Shown here one piece after another: positions 50,711 through 60,464 of a DNA stretch of 64,000 nucleotides. The translations under genes were made by a program, and so were the position numbers. The stretch spans positions 2,176,001 to 2,240,000 of the forward strand of contig OY762492.1 in the NCBI GenBank assembly GCA_963665845.2. The letters run 5' to 3'. Under the pieces are notes generated by a model. The model had not been told where the DNA came from. It made no database searches and saw nothing but the letters and a program-made list of their open reading frames with translations. Source of the stretch: Candidatus Poribacteria bacterium (GTDB lineage: Bacteria; Poribacteria; WGA-4E; GCA-2687025). How positions within the stretch are numbered: the first letter of the stretch is position 1; each line of letters begins with the position of its first letter.

Positions 50711-51271
50711 ATGCATAGGTTTTGGAAACGCCGATTTGAACGACAAATTCCGCTGTACGACGAGGGGCTTCTCTCCGATTCGCAGCGCAGGCGGTTCGAA
50801 CGCGAACTCGCCAAAAACGAACCGCTGGCAGACGCTCTCCGCCGATACGGACGGCTCATGGGTACGGTCAAGCGGCTGCAGCCTGTTTATCCGCCGCGCG
50901 CCAAATGGGAGCAGTTTTTGCCGACGCTCCACCGCCGCATTGAAGAGACCGACATGGAGCAGCCGAGCGGATGGTACGCCCAGCTGATACGTCGGCTTTA
51001 CAATCGGCTTCATTCGCCCGCCGCGCCGCGCCCTCGGTGGATTGAAAAAGCCGCGTTTGGGCTTGCCGGCGCCGCCCTTGGAGCGGCCGCGGCGTTTTAC
51101 ATTGGACAGATCCTGCCTGTTCAAAACGGCTCCGACGCGCCGCTCTCTCAAGAGCGGCAAATTGAACAGCCCGCCGAGCAAACCGCCGCAGGGGGCGCCG
51201 CCTTTGAAGAGCCGATTGTGGAAGATTACGGCGGACCGCACCATCTCATCGCGGATCCTTCTAGGGAGTGA
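50711..51271 (+). CDS. Putative transmembrane anti-sigma factor
   Basis: LYDEGLLS..QRRRFEREL anti-sigma-like N terminus lacking Zn-ligating HxxxCxxC, single TM; directly after ECF gene. Confidence 0.7.
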   Translation: MHRFWKRRFERQIPLYDEGLLSDSQRRRFERELAKNEPLADALRRYGRLMGTVKRLQPVYPPRAKWEQFLPTLHRRIEETDMEQPSGWYAQLIRRLYNRLHSPAAPRPRWIEKAAFGLAGAALGAAAAFYIGQILPVQNGSDAPLSQERQIEQPAEQTAAGGAAFEEPIVEDYGGPHHLIADPSRE

Positions 51272-51864
51272 AGACGATGCGCGCCTCTTATCGAACGTTC
51301 ATCTGGATCGCGGTTGTCGCGGTTTCTTCTCTTGCGGTCGGCTTGTCGCTTCAGTTCGTTTTGCCGGTTTTCACCCACGCGAACGGCGACAGCGTTGAAG
51401 CGCCTGCCCGCCCCGGTCCGCCGCCGCTCAATCTCTCGGAGGATGAGCTGCGCGAAGCGGTGGAAGCGTACAAGCTTTACATGTTCTCCAGAGACCTTGA
51501 CCTGACGCCTGAACAGCTCGGCGCCGCGCTTCCGTTGTGGGGGAAGCTGATCGAGATGCGTTCCGAGTTTTGGAGCGACCGGCGCATGCGGCTTCAGGAG
51601 CTGCGCGGGACGGTCGACTCGGCGCCCGATTCGGACGCGCTCGCGGAAGCGGCGCAGACGTTTCGCCGGGCGGATGAAAACTTTTGGGAATCGTTCCGCG
51701 CTGACGAGAGGGAGCTGATGAGCCTCTTGACGCCGCGCCAGCAGGCGCTGTATATTTTAGCGGACGCGGAGCATCCCAGACGCGCCGCCCGCATCTACCG
51801 CGCGCTGCGGAGCGTTGACGGTTCCAACGCAACAAGAAGCCCGATACTGTCCGACCGCCGCTAG
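51268..51864 (+). CDS. Spy/CpxP-like helical periplasmic protein
   Basis: N-terminal TM/signal; LDLTPEQ and LLTPRQ (LTxxQ) motifs. Confidence 0.65.
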   Translation: MKTMRASYRTFIWIAVVAVSSLAVGLSLQFVLPVFTHANGDSVEAPARPGPPPLNLSEDELREAVEAYKLYMFSRDLDLTPEQLGAALPLWGKLIEMRSEFWSDRRMRLQELRGTVDSAPDSDALAEAAQTFRRADENFWESFRADERELMSLLTPRQQALYILADAEHPRRAARIYRALRSVDGSNATRSPILSDRR

Positions 51865-51881
51865 AGGAGACGCCGTTCGAT

Positions 51882-52169
51882 ATGGCAGAGCTGTTAGCTT
51901 TTCTGTTCTTCGCTCAGAACGGGTTTTTTGCGCTGATCGGCGTCATCGCGCTTTATCGATATTTGTGGACTAAAATCGCTCAAAGCGGTTCGGTCAGGAA
52001 AACGGCGGAGCCGATGCGCAGAGAAGCGGAGGAGCCGCGCGAACTGGAACTGGAAACGGAGCTGCGCTCGCTGCGCGAAATGGCGGATATGCTCGCCCTG
52101 GAGCAGCAGCGCATGCGAAAAGAGGCGGCTCTCATCGACAAGGTTAGAAAGGGCGACCGTGGATCCTGA
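51882..52169 (+). CDS. Small membrane protein with coiled-coil tail
   Basis: Hydrophobic N terminus, charged helix, GAGGAG RBS. Confidence 0.65.
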   Translation: MAELLAFLFFAQNGFFALIGVIALYRYLWTKIAQSGSVRKTAEPMRREAEEPRELELETELRSLREMADMLALEQQRMRKEAALIDKVRKGDRGS

Positions 52170-52443
52170 ACCTTTCGCGGTTCTATTTATTCTTCAGAAC
52201 ATGGCGCTGTTCGCGTTCACAGCGATTTTTCTGGCGCTGGCGTTCTGGTCTTTGAAGAAAGGGGCGCGCGACTCGGAGAGAGAACGGATGCGCGCCATGC
52301 GGGATCAACGCCAAAAGTATGAAGAGCAGATTCACGGCGAAATGCGCGCCCTGCGCGAAACGATGGCAGACCTGATCTTAGAAATGCACCGCGAACGCAA
52401 AAACGCCCCCGAAACGAAAGTGGAAGAGCGGCTCGAACATTAG
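52159..52443 (+). CDS. Small membrane protein with coiled-coil tail, likely paralogue of the preceding gene
   Basis: Shared LF..QN and E.R.LRE.....LE motifs; overlapping GTG start. Confidence 0.65.
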   Translation: MDPEPFAVLFILQNMALFAFTAIFLALAFWSLKKGARDSERERMRAMRDQRQKYEEQIHGEMRALRETMADLILEMHRERKNAPETKVEERLEH

Positions 52444-52573
52444 CCGCCGTTTCATACCCCGCCGACATTGCCGCCGAATGAACCGCGCTCGGCTGACGGC
52501 AGCGCGCCCATACGGGGATATTTGCGGCGCCGCATCCGATTCCCCTTTGAAAAGGGGGGCTAGGGGGGTTTAA

Positions 52574-52741
52574 CTGACCTCACGCCTAAAGTAGGGACAT
52601 CCCGGCATGGAAACGCGGACGGTTTCGAGGTGGACTCTGGATTCCCGCTTACGCGGGAATGACGGTCTGGTTGGCGGCGCCTTTTTCCCATGAATAGAGC
52701 GATCGTCGGTTCAAATGTCCCAACTTTACGCATAAGGTCAG
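52574..52741 (-). mobile_element. MITE, 168-bp variant
   Basis: TIRs CTGACCTCACGCCTAAAGTAGGGACAT / ATGTCCCAACTTTACGCATAAGGTCAG. Confidence 0.88.
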
Positions 52742-52775
52742 GTTTAAGGGGCGGGCGCGGCGGCTTCTACCTTAA

Positions 52776-52878
52776 GATTCCCGCTTGCGCGGGAATGACG
52801 AGGAGGAGCGCGGGAATGACGAGGAGGAGCGCGGGAATGACGAGGAGGAGCGCGGGAATGACGAGGAGGAGCGCGGGA
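52776..52878 (-). repeat. REP + 21-bp stutter unit x4
   Basis: GCGCGGGAATGACGAGGAGGA tandem. Confidence 0.92.
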
Positions 52879-52955
52879 GAACCGCTTTCTTTGACGATTC
52901 CAGCCGCATGTGGCAAAATAACCTCCAAACGCTGTCGCTCAATAGACTGGAAACT

Positions 52956-54593
52956 ATGCGCATATCCCGTCATCTCGTTCCATTTGACACGCGGCGCCTT
53001 CAGCGCATCGAAACCGATGTTCTGATTGTCGGAAGCGGAAATGCGGGGCTGCGCGCCGCCATCGAAGCCAGCGGCGAAGGTTCCGTTCTACTCCTCTCAA
53101 AAGAAAACATCAACGAAGGCGCCACGCGGTACGCTCAAGGCGGCATCGCCGTCGTCATGAACAAAGGGGACACCATCGAAGCGCATGTGCGCGACACGCT
53201 GGACGCCGGCGCGGGATTGTGCCGCCGCCCGGTTGTACAAACGCTGGTCAAGGAAGGGGTTGACCGAGTCGTTGAGCTGCTCGAATGGGGCGCCGAATTT
53301 GACCGCGGCAAAGAGGGGCTTGCATTCGGCTTAGAGGGCGCGCACAGCGTCCGAAGGGTCGCGCACAAGGGCGACTCCACCGGCGAAGAGATGCAGTCCG
53401 CGCTTGTCAAAAAAGCGCTCTCGCATCCGAACGTCTCGGTCCTAGAACACACCTTCGCCATCGATCTGCTCACCGACGGCGGCGCGTGCGTCGGCGCCTT
53501 GACGCTGCGTCCCGACGGCGAACTGACCGCCGTATTCGCCAAGGCGACGATACTCGCCGCGGGCGGATTGGGGCAGCTTTACCAACGCACCTCCAACCCC
53601 GCCGTCGCGACGGGGGACGGAATGGCGATGGCGTTTCGCGCGGGCGCGGCGCTGACCGACATGGAGTTCATCCAGTTTCACCCGACCGCGCTGTCTATGG
53701 ACGGCAAGCCCGCCTTTCTGATCTCGGAGGCGGCGCGCGGCGAAGGCGGAAAACTGCTCAACATACGCGGCGAACGGTTCATGATCGCCTACGACGAACG
53801 GGAGGAACTGGCGCCGCGCGACATCGTCGCAAGGGCGATACTGGCAGAGACGGCGCGGACGCAAAACCCATGCGTCTATCTAGACCTGACGCGCCATAGC
53901 CAAGAGTTTTTAGAGAAACGTTTCCCGAACATACTCCGAACGCTCCGCTCCTACGGCGTTGAGATATGGCGCGATGTGATACCCGTTCAGGCGGCGGCGC
54001 ATTTCATGATGGGCGGCGTATGGACAGACCGGCGCGGGCGAACGAGCCTGCCGAACCTGTTTGCGTGCGGCGAAGCGGCATGCAGTATGGCGCACGGGGC
54101 GAACCGCCTCGCCAGCAATTCGCTTTTGGAGGGGCTTGTGTTTGGCAGAAGGGCGGGGCGCAGCGCCGTCAAGGCGGCGAAGCGGTATGAGGGGGACGTA
54201 TCAAAGCCGCTGTCGACAGACGCCTCGGAGACGCCGGCAGCGGCGGACGGCGCGCCGGAATTGCGGTCGCAGCTTCAGCAGCGTATGTGGGAAGAGGCGG
54301 GCATTTTGCGCTCGGAAGAGAGTCTTGAGCGCGTTTTGGAGGCGTTTGAAACGATGCCGTTGAGCGGCGGAGCGAACCGCGCCGACGTCGAATACAGCAA
54401 CCTGCGCATTTTGGGAGAGTTGTCGGCGCGGGCGGCTCTGGCGCGGGTGGAATCGCGCGGGGCGCATTATCGGCTAGACCGCCCCGAACGCGACGACGCC
54501 AACTGGAAACGGCGCGTTTACTTCACCCGCGCCGAAAACGGAGCGGTCAACATGCGCGTCAGCCGACACAAGCCTGAAGGAGAAGACGGATGA
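52956..54593 (+). CDS. nadB: L-aspartate oxidase
   Basis: IVGSGNAGL, YAQGGIA, EGAHSVRR, EFIQFHPT, ELAPRDIVARAI, HGANRLASNSLLEGLVFG, ESRGAHYR. Confidence 0.93.
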   Translation: MRISRHLVPFDTRRLQRIETDVLIVGSGNAGLRAAIEASGEGSVLLLSKENINEGATRYAQGGIAVVMNKGDTIEAHVRDTLDAGAGLCRRPVVQTLVKEGVDRVVELLEWGAEFDRGKEGLAFGLEGAHSVRRVAHKGDSTGEEMQSALVKKALSHPNVSVLEHTFAIDLLTDGGACVGALTLRPDGELTAVFAKATILAAGGLGQLYQRTSNPAVATGDGMAMAFRAGAALTDMEFIQFHPTALSMDGKPAFLISEAARGEGGKLLNIRGERFMIAYDEREELAPRDIVARAILAETARTQNPCVYLDLTRHSQEFLEKRFPNILRTLRSYGVEIWRDVIPVQAAAHFMMGGVWTDRRGRTSLPNLFACGEAACSMAHGANRLASNSLLEGLVFGRRAGRSAVKAAKRYEGDVSKPLSTDASETPAAADGAPELRSQLQQRMWEEAGILRSEESLERVLEAFETMPLSGGANRADVEYSNLRILGELSARAALARVESRGAHYRLDRPERDDANWKRRVYFTRAENGAVNMRVSRHKPEGEDG

Positions 54594-55387
54594 CGGTCGC
54601 TTGCAGTTCGCTTTGTTTTTCGCAGCAGTCGTTTGAGCGCGCGTGCAGCCACATGGCGCGCATGGGTTTCAAGGCGGTGGATGTGGCCGTTCTTCAGGGC
54701 TGGGCGCACTTTAGCCCCAATGAGCTGGCGGACGATCTGGACGCGCATGTGAAAAGCGCGCGGGAGGCGATGGCGGCGGCGGGGTTGAAAGCGGCCGCCC
54801 TGAACGCCAGCGCCGGCGCGAGCGACCGCAAAACGGAGACGAAGCGGTTCAAGGCGATCTGCGACTTTGCGAACGCCTTGGAGGCGCCTGTCATCTGTTA
54901 CGGGGCGCCGCTGCGCATCATCGAGTATGAAAAAACGTTGTGGCGGTACGGACCGCTGCTTGAAACGGCGCAGAAAGCGGGCGTTACGCTGGCGGTGGAG
55001 GCGCATGCGCGGACGCTTTTAGAGATGCCGGAGGATGCCGCAAAGTTCTGCGCCGACCTGGAAGGCATGCGGTTGACGCTTGACCCTAGCCATATGTGGG
55101 CGGGCGAAAATCAGGGCGGCCCGTTCGATGAGATCTACCCGTACGTGTCGCACACGCACTGGCGCGACAGCGGGGACGTCTGGGAGCAGTGCCAGGTTCC
55201 GGCGCGGGAGGGGGTCGTCGATTTTGCGAGCGTGTTGAAGAGCTTGTATGACACAGGCTACCGCGGCGCCTATTCGGTGGAGTATATCGACACCTTTCCA
55301 AACGGCGGAGAACGGAACATTTTGACGATGAAGCGGCTTCTGGACGAATGGGTGCGGCTTGTGGAGAGGACGATTTCGGAGTCTTGA
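54590..55387 (+). CDS. Sugar phosphate isomerase/epimerase
   Basis: LAVEAH, LDPSH, HTHWRD, G.VDF, YRGAYSVEY; ATGA coupling to nadB. Confidence 0.85.
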   Translation: MTVACSSLCFSQQSFERACSHMARMGFKAVDVAVLQGWAHFSPNELADDLDAHVKSAREAMAAAGLKAAALNASAGASDRKTETKRFKAICDFANALEAPVICYGAPLRIIEYEKTLWRYGPLLETAQKAGVTLAVEAHARTLLEMPEDAAKFCADLEGMRLTLDPSHMWAGENQGGPFDEIYPYVSHTHWRDSGDVWEQCQVPAREGVVDFASVLKSLYDTGYRGAYSVEYIDTFPNGGERNILTMKRLLDEWVRLVERTISES

Positions 55388-55404
55388 CGTTGCCGCGCCG
55401 AATT

Positions 55405-55586
55405 TCCCTCCCCCTTGAAAAAGGGGCGCGCGTCCGATTCCCCCCTTGAAAAGGGGGCTAGGGGGGGTTTAAAGGGGGGCGCGGCGGCTGCGATGCCTTA
55501 AGATTCCCGCTTACGCGGGAATGACGATCTGACGCGCGGGCGGGAATGACGATTTGACGAGCGGGCGGGAATGACGATCTGACGAA
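55405..55586. repeat. C/G-run hairpins, REP and about 25-bp stutter unit x3
   Basis: GCGGGAATGACGAT(C/T)TGACG repeats after a full REP. Confidence 0.85.
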
Positions 55587-55618
55587 CGCGCGGGCGGATT
55601 TAGGGCGTTAAGCGCCTT

Positions 55619-56548
55619 TCAACGGAAAAACGGATCCGGCTTCGACTCCTCCTCCAGCCAGGCGTCCAGCCGCGCTTTTTTGGTACGCCTGCGCCGCCAG
55701 TGCGCGATCAGAAAAATCGGCGTGAAAAAGGAGCCGACCGCCAACGCGCCCCCGATCACCGGCAGCCAGTGGTAACCGGACGACGCCGACTCTTTCCATT
55801 CGTCCGCATATACGTCGACCGACATGCCGAAGACGGTCTCAAAGGCGTCTTCAAAGTCCTCGCCGCGCTGGAGACGCGCCAGCAAGGTTTTCAGCTGCGT
55901 AAAAGAGTGGTCATGAACAAGCCTGCGCACCGCGCTGAACGACTCCACATACGCCAGATGCGCCCGCCCCGCTTCGCTCGGAAACGCCTCGTCGAGGCTT
56001 GTCAGCGGGATCATCGACCGAAACAGCGCGTTGGAAAGCAGCGTCCACCGATGCATGAGCGTCCACGGTTCCGAGACATACATGGCGAACCCTTCATGGA
56101 ACCAGAGCGGCGCCTCCATCGCCTTGCCGCCGATGAGCGCGCCCAAGGCGAGATGCGCCGTTTCGTGCCGCGCGATGCGTTCCAGCTCCTCGTACCGCTG
56201 CTGCCCTTTCGGTTGAAGGATCGCCATTTCGCCTTTTAGCGGGAACGCGAACCCCTGCGCCCAGTCGCGTATCGGCGCCTGCGCGAGCGATTTGAATCGA
56301 TCTGGGGACTGCGCGATCCAGACGCGAAACGGGCGTTTCAGCTCAATATCGTAATGCGCGGCGATTTCGTCAAACAGCTCCTGCGAGACCTTGAGCGCTC
56401 TCCGCGCCGCCATGTCGTCCGTTTCATAGCTCAAATGAAAATGCTCGCTCTCCAGCGTTTTCCATTCAACCTGCGCGAACAGCGGAAAAGCCGTCAGCGC
56501 CGTCCAAATAAACGCAAGCGCGATGGGCAAGTTTCTACGCGGCCGCAT
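55619..56548 (-). CDS. Peptidase MA-like zinc metallopeptidase, membrane-anchored
   Basis: Signal peptide, RHETAH (HExxH), PLWFHEGFA, C-terminal TM. Confidence 0.82.
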   Translation of the reverse strand: MRPRRNLPIALAFIWTALTAFPLFAQVEWKTLESEHFHLSYETDDMAARRALKVSQELFDEIAAHYDIELKRPFRVWIAQSPDRFKSLAQAPIRDWAQGFAFPLKGEMAILQPKGQQRYEELERIARHETAHLALGALIGGKAMEAPLWFHEGFAMYVSEPWTLMHRWTLLSNALFRSMIPLTSLDEAFPSEAGRAHLAYVESFSAVRRLVHDHSFTQLKTLLARLQRGEDFEDAFETVFGMSVDVYADEWKESASSGYHWLPVIGGALAVGSFFTPIFLIAHWRRRRTKKARLDAWLEEESKPDPFFR

Positions 56549-56619
56549 AAGGTTCCGCCCTGTTTGTTTAAAATGCCGGCATATGCTATATTACCACAGG
56601 TTGAGAAGGGAGGGGCGGA

Positions 56620-57450
56620 ATGGCATTCACGCGCCAAGAAATGATAGAGCGGCTGCGCGCCGTTTTAGCGGAGGGAAAGGCGGTCATCGGAGGCGGCGCC
56701 GGGACCGGCATCTCGGCAAAATGCGCCCAAGCCGCCGGCATTGACCTGATCATCATTTACAACAGCGGGCGGTTTCGCATGGCGGGGCGCGGCTCGCTGT
56801 CGGGGATGCAGCCGTACGGCGACGCGAACGCGATTGTGGTGGAGATGGCGCGGGAGGTTCTGCCGGTCGCGCGCCAAACGCCTGTACTGGCGGGCGTCTG
56901 CGGCACCGATCCGTTTCGTTTGATGGATGTCTTTTTCCGCGAATTGAAAGCGATCGGCTTTTCGGGCGTTCAGAATTTCCCGACGGTCGGCATCATCGAC
57001 GGCGTGTACCGCGCCAACCTTGAGGAGACGAACATGGGTTACGACCTTGAGGTGGAGATGGTCGCCGAGGCGCGGCGGCAAGACCTGTTCACGGCGCCGT
57101 ATGTGTTCAACGAACAGGAGGCGGCGGCGATGGCGGAAGCGGGCGGCGATCTGCTCGTCGCGCATATGGGCTTGACGACAAAAGGCTCCATCGGCGCGCA
57201 GACCGCGTTCACGCTGGACGAAGCGGTGGAGCGCGTTCAGGCGATTCATGACGCGGCGAAGGCGGTTCGTGACGATGTGATGGTCATCTGCCACGGCGGA
57301 CCGATCGCGGAGCCTGAAGACGCGCGGTATGTTCTGGACCGGACGGAGGGCGTCGTCGGCTTTTTCGGCGCGTCGTCCATCGAACGGCTGCCGACCGAAC
57401 GGGCGCTGACGGAGCAGGTTCGGCGGTTTAAAGAGCTTGCGTTGAGTTAA
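56620..57450 (+). CDS. Phosphoenolpyruvate hydrolase-like TIM-barrel signal transduction protein
   Basis: [52 protein letters not shown]. Confidence 0.9.
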   Translation: MAFTRQEMIERLRAVLAEGKAVIGGGAGTGISAKCAQAAGIDLIIIYNSGRFRMAGRGSLSGMQPYGDANAIVVEMAREVLPVARQTPVLAGVCGTDPFRLMDVFFRELKAIGFSGVQNFPTVGIIDGVYRANLEETNMGYDLEVEMVAEARRQDLFTAPYVFNEQEAAAMAEAGGDLLVAHMGLTTKGSIGAQTAFTLDEAVERVQAIHDAAKAVRDDVMVICHGGPIAEPEDARYVLDRTEGVVGFFGASSIERLPTERALTEQVRRFKELALS

Positions 57451-57525
57451 GGCGGACGGTTCGGCGCTGCCGCTTTGCGCCTCAAACGGCGTTCATCATT
57501 TGTCGACCATCTATGAACGACAAAA

Positions 57526-57579
57526 CCGTTTGCCGATCATATTTGCTCAAAAATGAACGACAAACGCCGGCGGTCATCG
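57526..57579. repeat. Direct repeat copy 1 at the 3' flank of fic
   Basis: CCGTTTGCCGATCATATTTGCTCAAAAATGAA...GGCGGTCATC matches 60465-60505. Confidence 0.7.
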
Positions 57580-58689
57580 AATATAGGGGTCCCCCATAAT
57601 GTTCAGCAGTTTGGGAAAATAGTAGACCGTCGCTTGTTGTCCGCGCGCTTTTAATAACGGTTCAATAATGTTGTCGTCGCGCAGGATGCGAAGAATTCGC
57701 CGGGCGGACGTTTCAGGAATGCCGGCGCCGGCGATAAAGTTCCGGCTGGAAAAAATAGGAAACTGAAAAAGCCGCTTCAAAGCATGAACGGCGTATTTTG
57801 AGCGCGTTATCTTGGGAATGCGGAATTCCATGACGTTATATAATTCAAGGATCGCTTTCACTTTTCCCAAATCATGCTTTGCCTGCGCTTGAATTGCCAG
57901 CAGAAAAAAGCGTATCCACCCTGTCCAATCGTCGTCGCGCGAGACAGCAAGCAGCCTTTCATAGTAATCTTCTCGATGCGTCTCCAAATAGGCGCTGATG
58001 TAGAATGCGGGCGCATGGATGAGTCCGCGTTTCCATAAGAAGAGCGGAACGATCAGCCGACCCAGTCTTCCGTTTCCGTCTAGGAACGGGTGCAGCGCTT
58101 CAAATTCGGCGTGGATAACAGCGATCTGCGCCAACGGGTCGGGCGCGTCGGCATGGAGATATTTTTCCCATGCGCTCATCGCGTCGGGAAGCTTCGCTGC
58201 GGAGATGGGAACATACCGCGCGTTTTCAATAGTGGCGCCTGCAGCCCCAATAAAGTTTTGGATGCGCCGAAATTCGCCGGGGTCTTTGCCGCGTCCGCGC
58301 GCGCCCGACAGAAGCGTACGGTGGGCGTCTTTCAACACCCGCAGGCACAAGGGCAGCGTCTCCAGCGCCTCTTCCGCCTGACGCAGCGCGTCTCGGTAGT
58401 TAATGACCTCTTGCGCGTCGTCTCTTTTCGCGACGGAATCGGGTTCAATGCCCGCTTCAAATTCCAGCGCATCCTGCATTGTCGCTTGGGTACCCTCAAT
58501 GCGCGACGACATGTCCGCTTCATACATGATCAAGGTGGAGCGCAGCAACTGGGCGTTCGGCGCGGAAGCGAGCGCCTCGTCATACCGCGCGAGAGCGGCG
58601 GCGGCTTGCCCGATGTAAGGTACCAGACTCGCCCAGTCAATGCGGTCGTCCGGAGGGAACGCTCCTTCTTGGTAATGGACAGCCGTCAT
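57574..58689 (-). CDS. Fic family protein with Fic_N domain and C-terminal HTH-like region
   Basis: HPFLDGNGRLGR canonical motif, SSRIEGT inhibitory-type motif. Confidence 0.93.
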   Translation of the reverse strand: MTAVHYQEGAFPPDDRIDWASLVPYIGQAAAALARYDEALASAPNAQLLRSTLIMYEADMSSRIEGTQATMQDALEFEAGIEPDSVAKRDDAQEVINYRDALRQAEEALETLPLCLRVLKDAHRTLLSGARGRGKDPGEFRRIQNFIGAAGATIENARYVPISAAKLPDAMSAWEKYLHADAPDPLAQIAVIHAEFEALHPFLDGNGRLGRLIVPLFLWKRGLIHAPAFYISAYLETHREDYYERLLAVSRDDDWTGWIRFFLLAIQAQAKHDLGKVKAILELYNVMEFRIPKITRSKYAVHALKRLFQFPIFSSRNFIAGAGIPETSARRILRILRDDNIIEPLLKARGQQATVYYFPKLLNIMGDPYIR

Positions 58690-58722
58690 CGTTTTTCTCC
58701 AAAGACGAGCGCATGATGCGTT

Positions 58723-59862
58723 TCATTCATGCATGATGAGAGAGAGGTTGCGCGGCCGCCGCAATTCATAACCTTTGCCGGCGCGGTAGATGTCGCCGTC
58801 TAGGCTGATGGGGCGGCGCTCCTCAAAAGCCCTGACGACCGCTTTGAAGGACGGCGCTTCAAATACGACGTTCAAACGCATCGGCTTTCCGTTGCGCACA
58901 CAGGAGATCGCCGCTCTGCCGTCAAATTCTTCGGGTTCCCGCTCCAATTTGACAACCCATGCGACGACCTTTTCATCTAGAAACGGCTCGTTTCTTCTGA
59001 AATAATCGGCAGCTTGCTTCAAGACATCCGCGGAATGTTCTGTAAATTGAAATCGCGTCGGGTCAGTTCCCGGCATATATTCTCCCGCCCATGAGACACG
59101 TACGACGATTCCTTTCCATAGGTACGTCAAGGCAGCCAGAGAGTCGCACAGGTTGGCGCTGACGCCATGGCCGGCGGCTTGTTGGAACGGATCCATCGAT
59201 TCGGTTTTGTTTGCCGCCTGGATTGCCTTGTCCGCATGAGTCAACGCCTCCGCCAGTTTGAGCGTCGCTTGTCGGGGGAACGAGATTAAGCCGTCCGCAT
59301 ACTCCGTAAACAAAGCCCCTGCAGCATACAACGGCGAAATGAGCGTGAGAGAGTCGCCAACGCCGAAATACCGGGACGCGCGGACAAGGTTCAGATACTC
59401 GCTCACCAAGACGCTTGGACGGCCGCGGTAAACAGGCTGCGGCTTTTCGACGGCGCGCGCCGCCGAGGCGAACAGATTGCGCGCTTCTTCCAATAAGTCC
59501 GACTCTTGACGCAGCGAAAGCGCCCCTTGAGCTCCAGCGCCGCCTTCCTCTCTGAACGCATGCATATGGACAAAATCGTAACCGGCAATAGAGATTTCTT
59601 CATAAACGTCCAGCTGCGAACGCTCCTCCGCCTCGGCGAGCGCCGAAACCGCTTCGCCTATCCGCGCTGGATAGTCTGGGGCGGTGTCTTTGTGCGGGAC
59701 GATGATGTGCCAGCTGCGCCCATCCCGTTCAAAAGTAAAAAGGGAGGCGGGGCGTTTTCCCCATTGACCTTCGTCTTTCCATCCGCGGCATTTTAGATAC
59801 ATCCGCAGGCTGCGCAGCGAAAGCTTCGCTAAAGCGTCTAGATCGCGTATTTGAACGAGCAT
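58723..59862 (-). CDS. Uncharacterised protein paired with DUF4365
   Basis: 379 aa; YL..RGW N-terminal motif, GVSANLCDSL; 2 bp after the DUF4365 stop. Confidence 0.75.
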   Translation of the reverse strand: MLVQIRDLDALAKLSLRSLRMYLKCRGWKDEGQWGKRPASLFTFERDGRSWHIIVPHKDTAPDYPARIGEAVSALAEAEERSQLDVYEEISIAGYDFVHMHAFREEGGAGAQGALSLRQESDLLEEARNLFASAARAVEKPQPVYRGRPSVLVSEYLNLVRASRYFGVGDSLTLISPLYAAGALFTEYADGLISFPRQATLKLAEALTHADKAIQAANKTESMDPFQQAAGHGVSANLCDSLAALTYLWKGIVVRVSWAGEYMPGTDPTRFQFTEHSADVLKQAADYFRRNEPFLDEKVVAWVVKLEREPEEFDGRAAISCVRNGKPMRLNVVFEAPSFKAVVRAFEERRPISLDGDIYRAGKGYELRRPRNLSLIMHE

Positions 59863-59864
59863 GG

Positions 59865-60350
59865 CTATTCTCCTTCAGAATGGATGCGACTCCACAACTT
59901 ATTAAGGAGCGCGACATCAAAGATGTTGTCAACAGGCAGAATGACCGTGACAGAGCGGACATTCTGCGTCGGCGGCATGCCCTCAAGAGACGCCCAGTAG
60001 CAGCAATGGCGCATGCGCAACTCGTCATGGGTTTGGTTCAGTCTCTCAGTCGCGTTTTTCGGCGTCAGCATGACAATCAATATGCGCGGCGCAGCAGGAT
60101 CTACGATGCGCAGGTCGTTGTAATCTTTGACAGACAGCGGATAATGCAAGCCGTCGTCCCGCATAATGTCGTCCGCCGTCGATTTCAGCTGATATTCTAT
60201 TACAGGGCGGTTTCCGAGTTCGGACATCAACATGCCGTCAATGCTTTTTCTCGGCGGATAAATGTTGTCAACCACATTCCATCCAGCCTGAGCCGCCACA
60301 GCCCGCACATACGCAACGGACAACTGCTCCATTTGTTGTTCAGGGGTCAT
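59865..60350 (-). CDS. DUF4365-like (PD-(D/E)xK nuclease-like) protein
   Basis: EQLSVAYVRAVAA.AG, SIDG...IEYQLKST, YNDLR, PRILIV, YWASL.G motifs. Confidence 0.8.
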   Translation of the reverse strand: MTPEQQMEQLSVAYVRAVAAQAGWNVVDNIYPPRKSIDGMLMSELGNRPVIEYQLKSTADDIMRDDGLHYPLSVKDYNDLRIVDPAAPRILIVMLTPKNATERLNQTHDELRMRHCCYWASLEGMPPTQNVRSVTVILPVDNIFDVALLNKLWSRIHSEGE

Positions 60351-60393
60351 CGTTGTGAAACCGCTCCTCCGCCCGCTTTATTCACGCCATGCA

Positions 60394-60422
60394 ATTTTAG
60401 GGCGCGGCAAGGCAGTTGTCAA
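60394..60422 (-). promoter_or_regulatory. sigma70-type promoter of the DUF4365 operon
   Basis: TTGACA-N17-TAAAAT on minus strand, followed by GGAGGAG RBS. Confidence 0.65.
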
Positions 60423-60464
60423 TAGGCGGGCGGCGGCCGTTCGCAGCGTTCAAAGAGCGTATCG

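Noticed and set aside
52785-52955. N-terminal RGNDEEE extension of NadB
   Set aside because: It is translation of the 21-bp stutter array; a promoter-like TTGACG-N17-CAAAAT lies downstream of it and ATG 52956 fits NadB.
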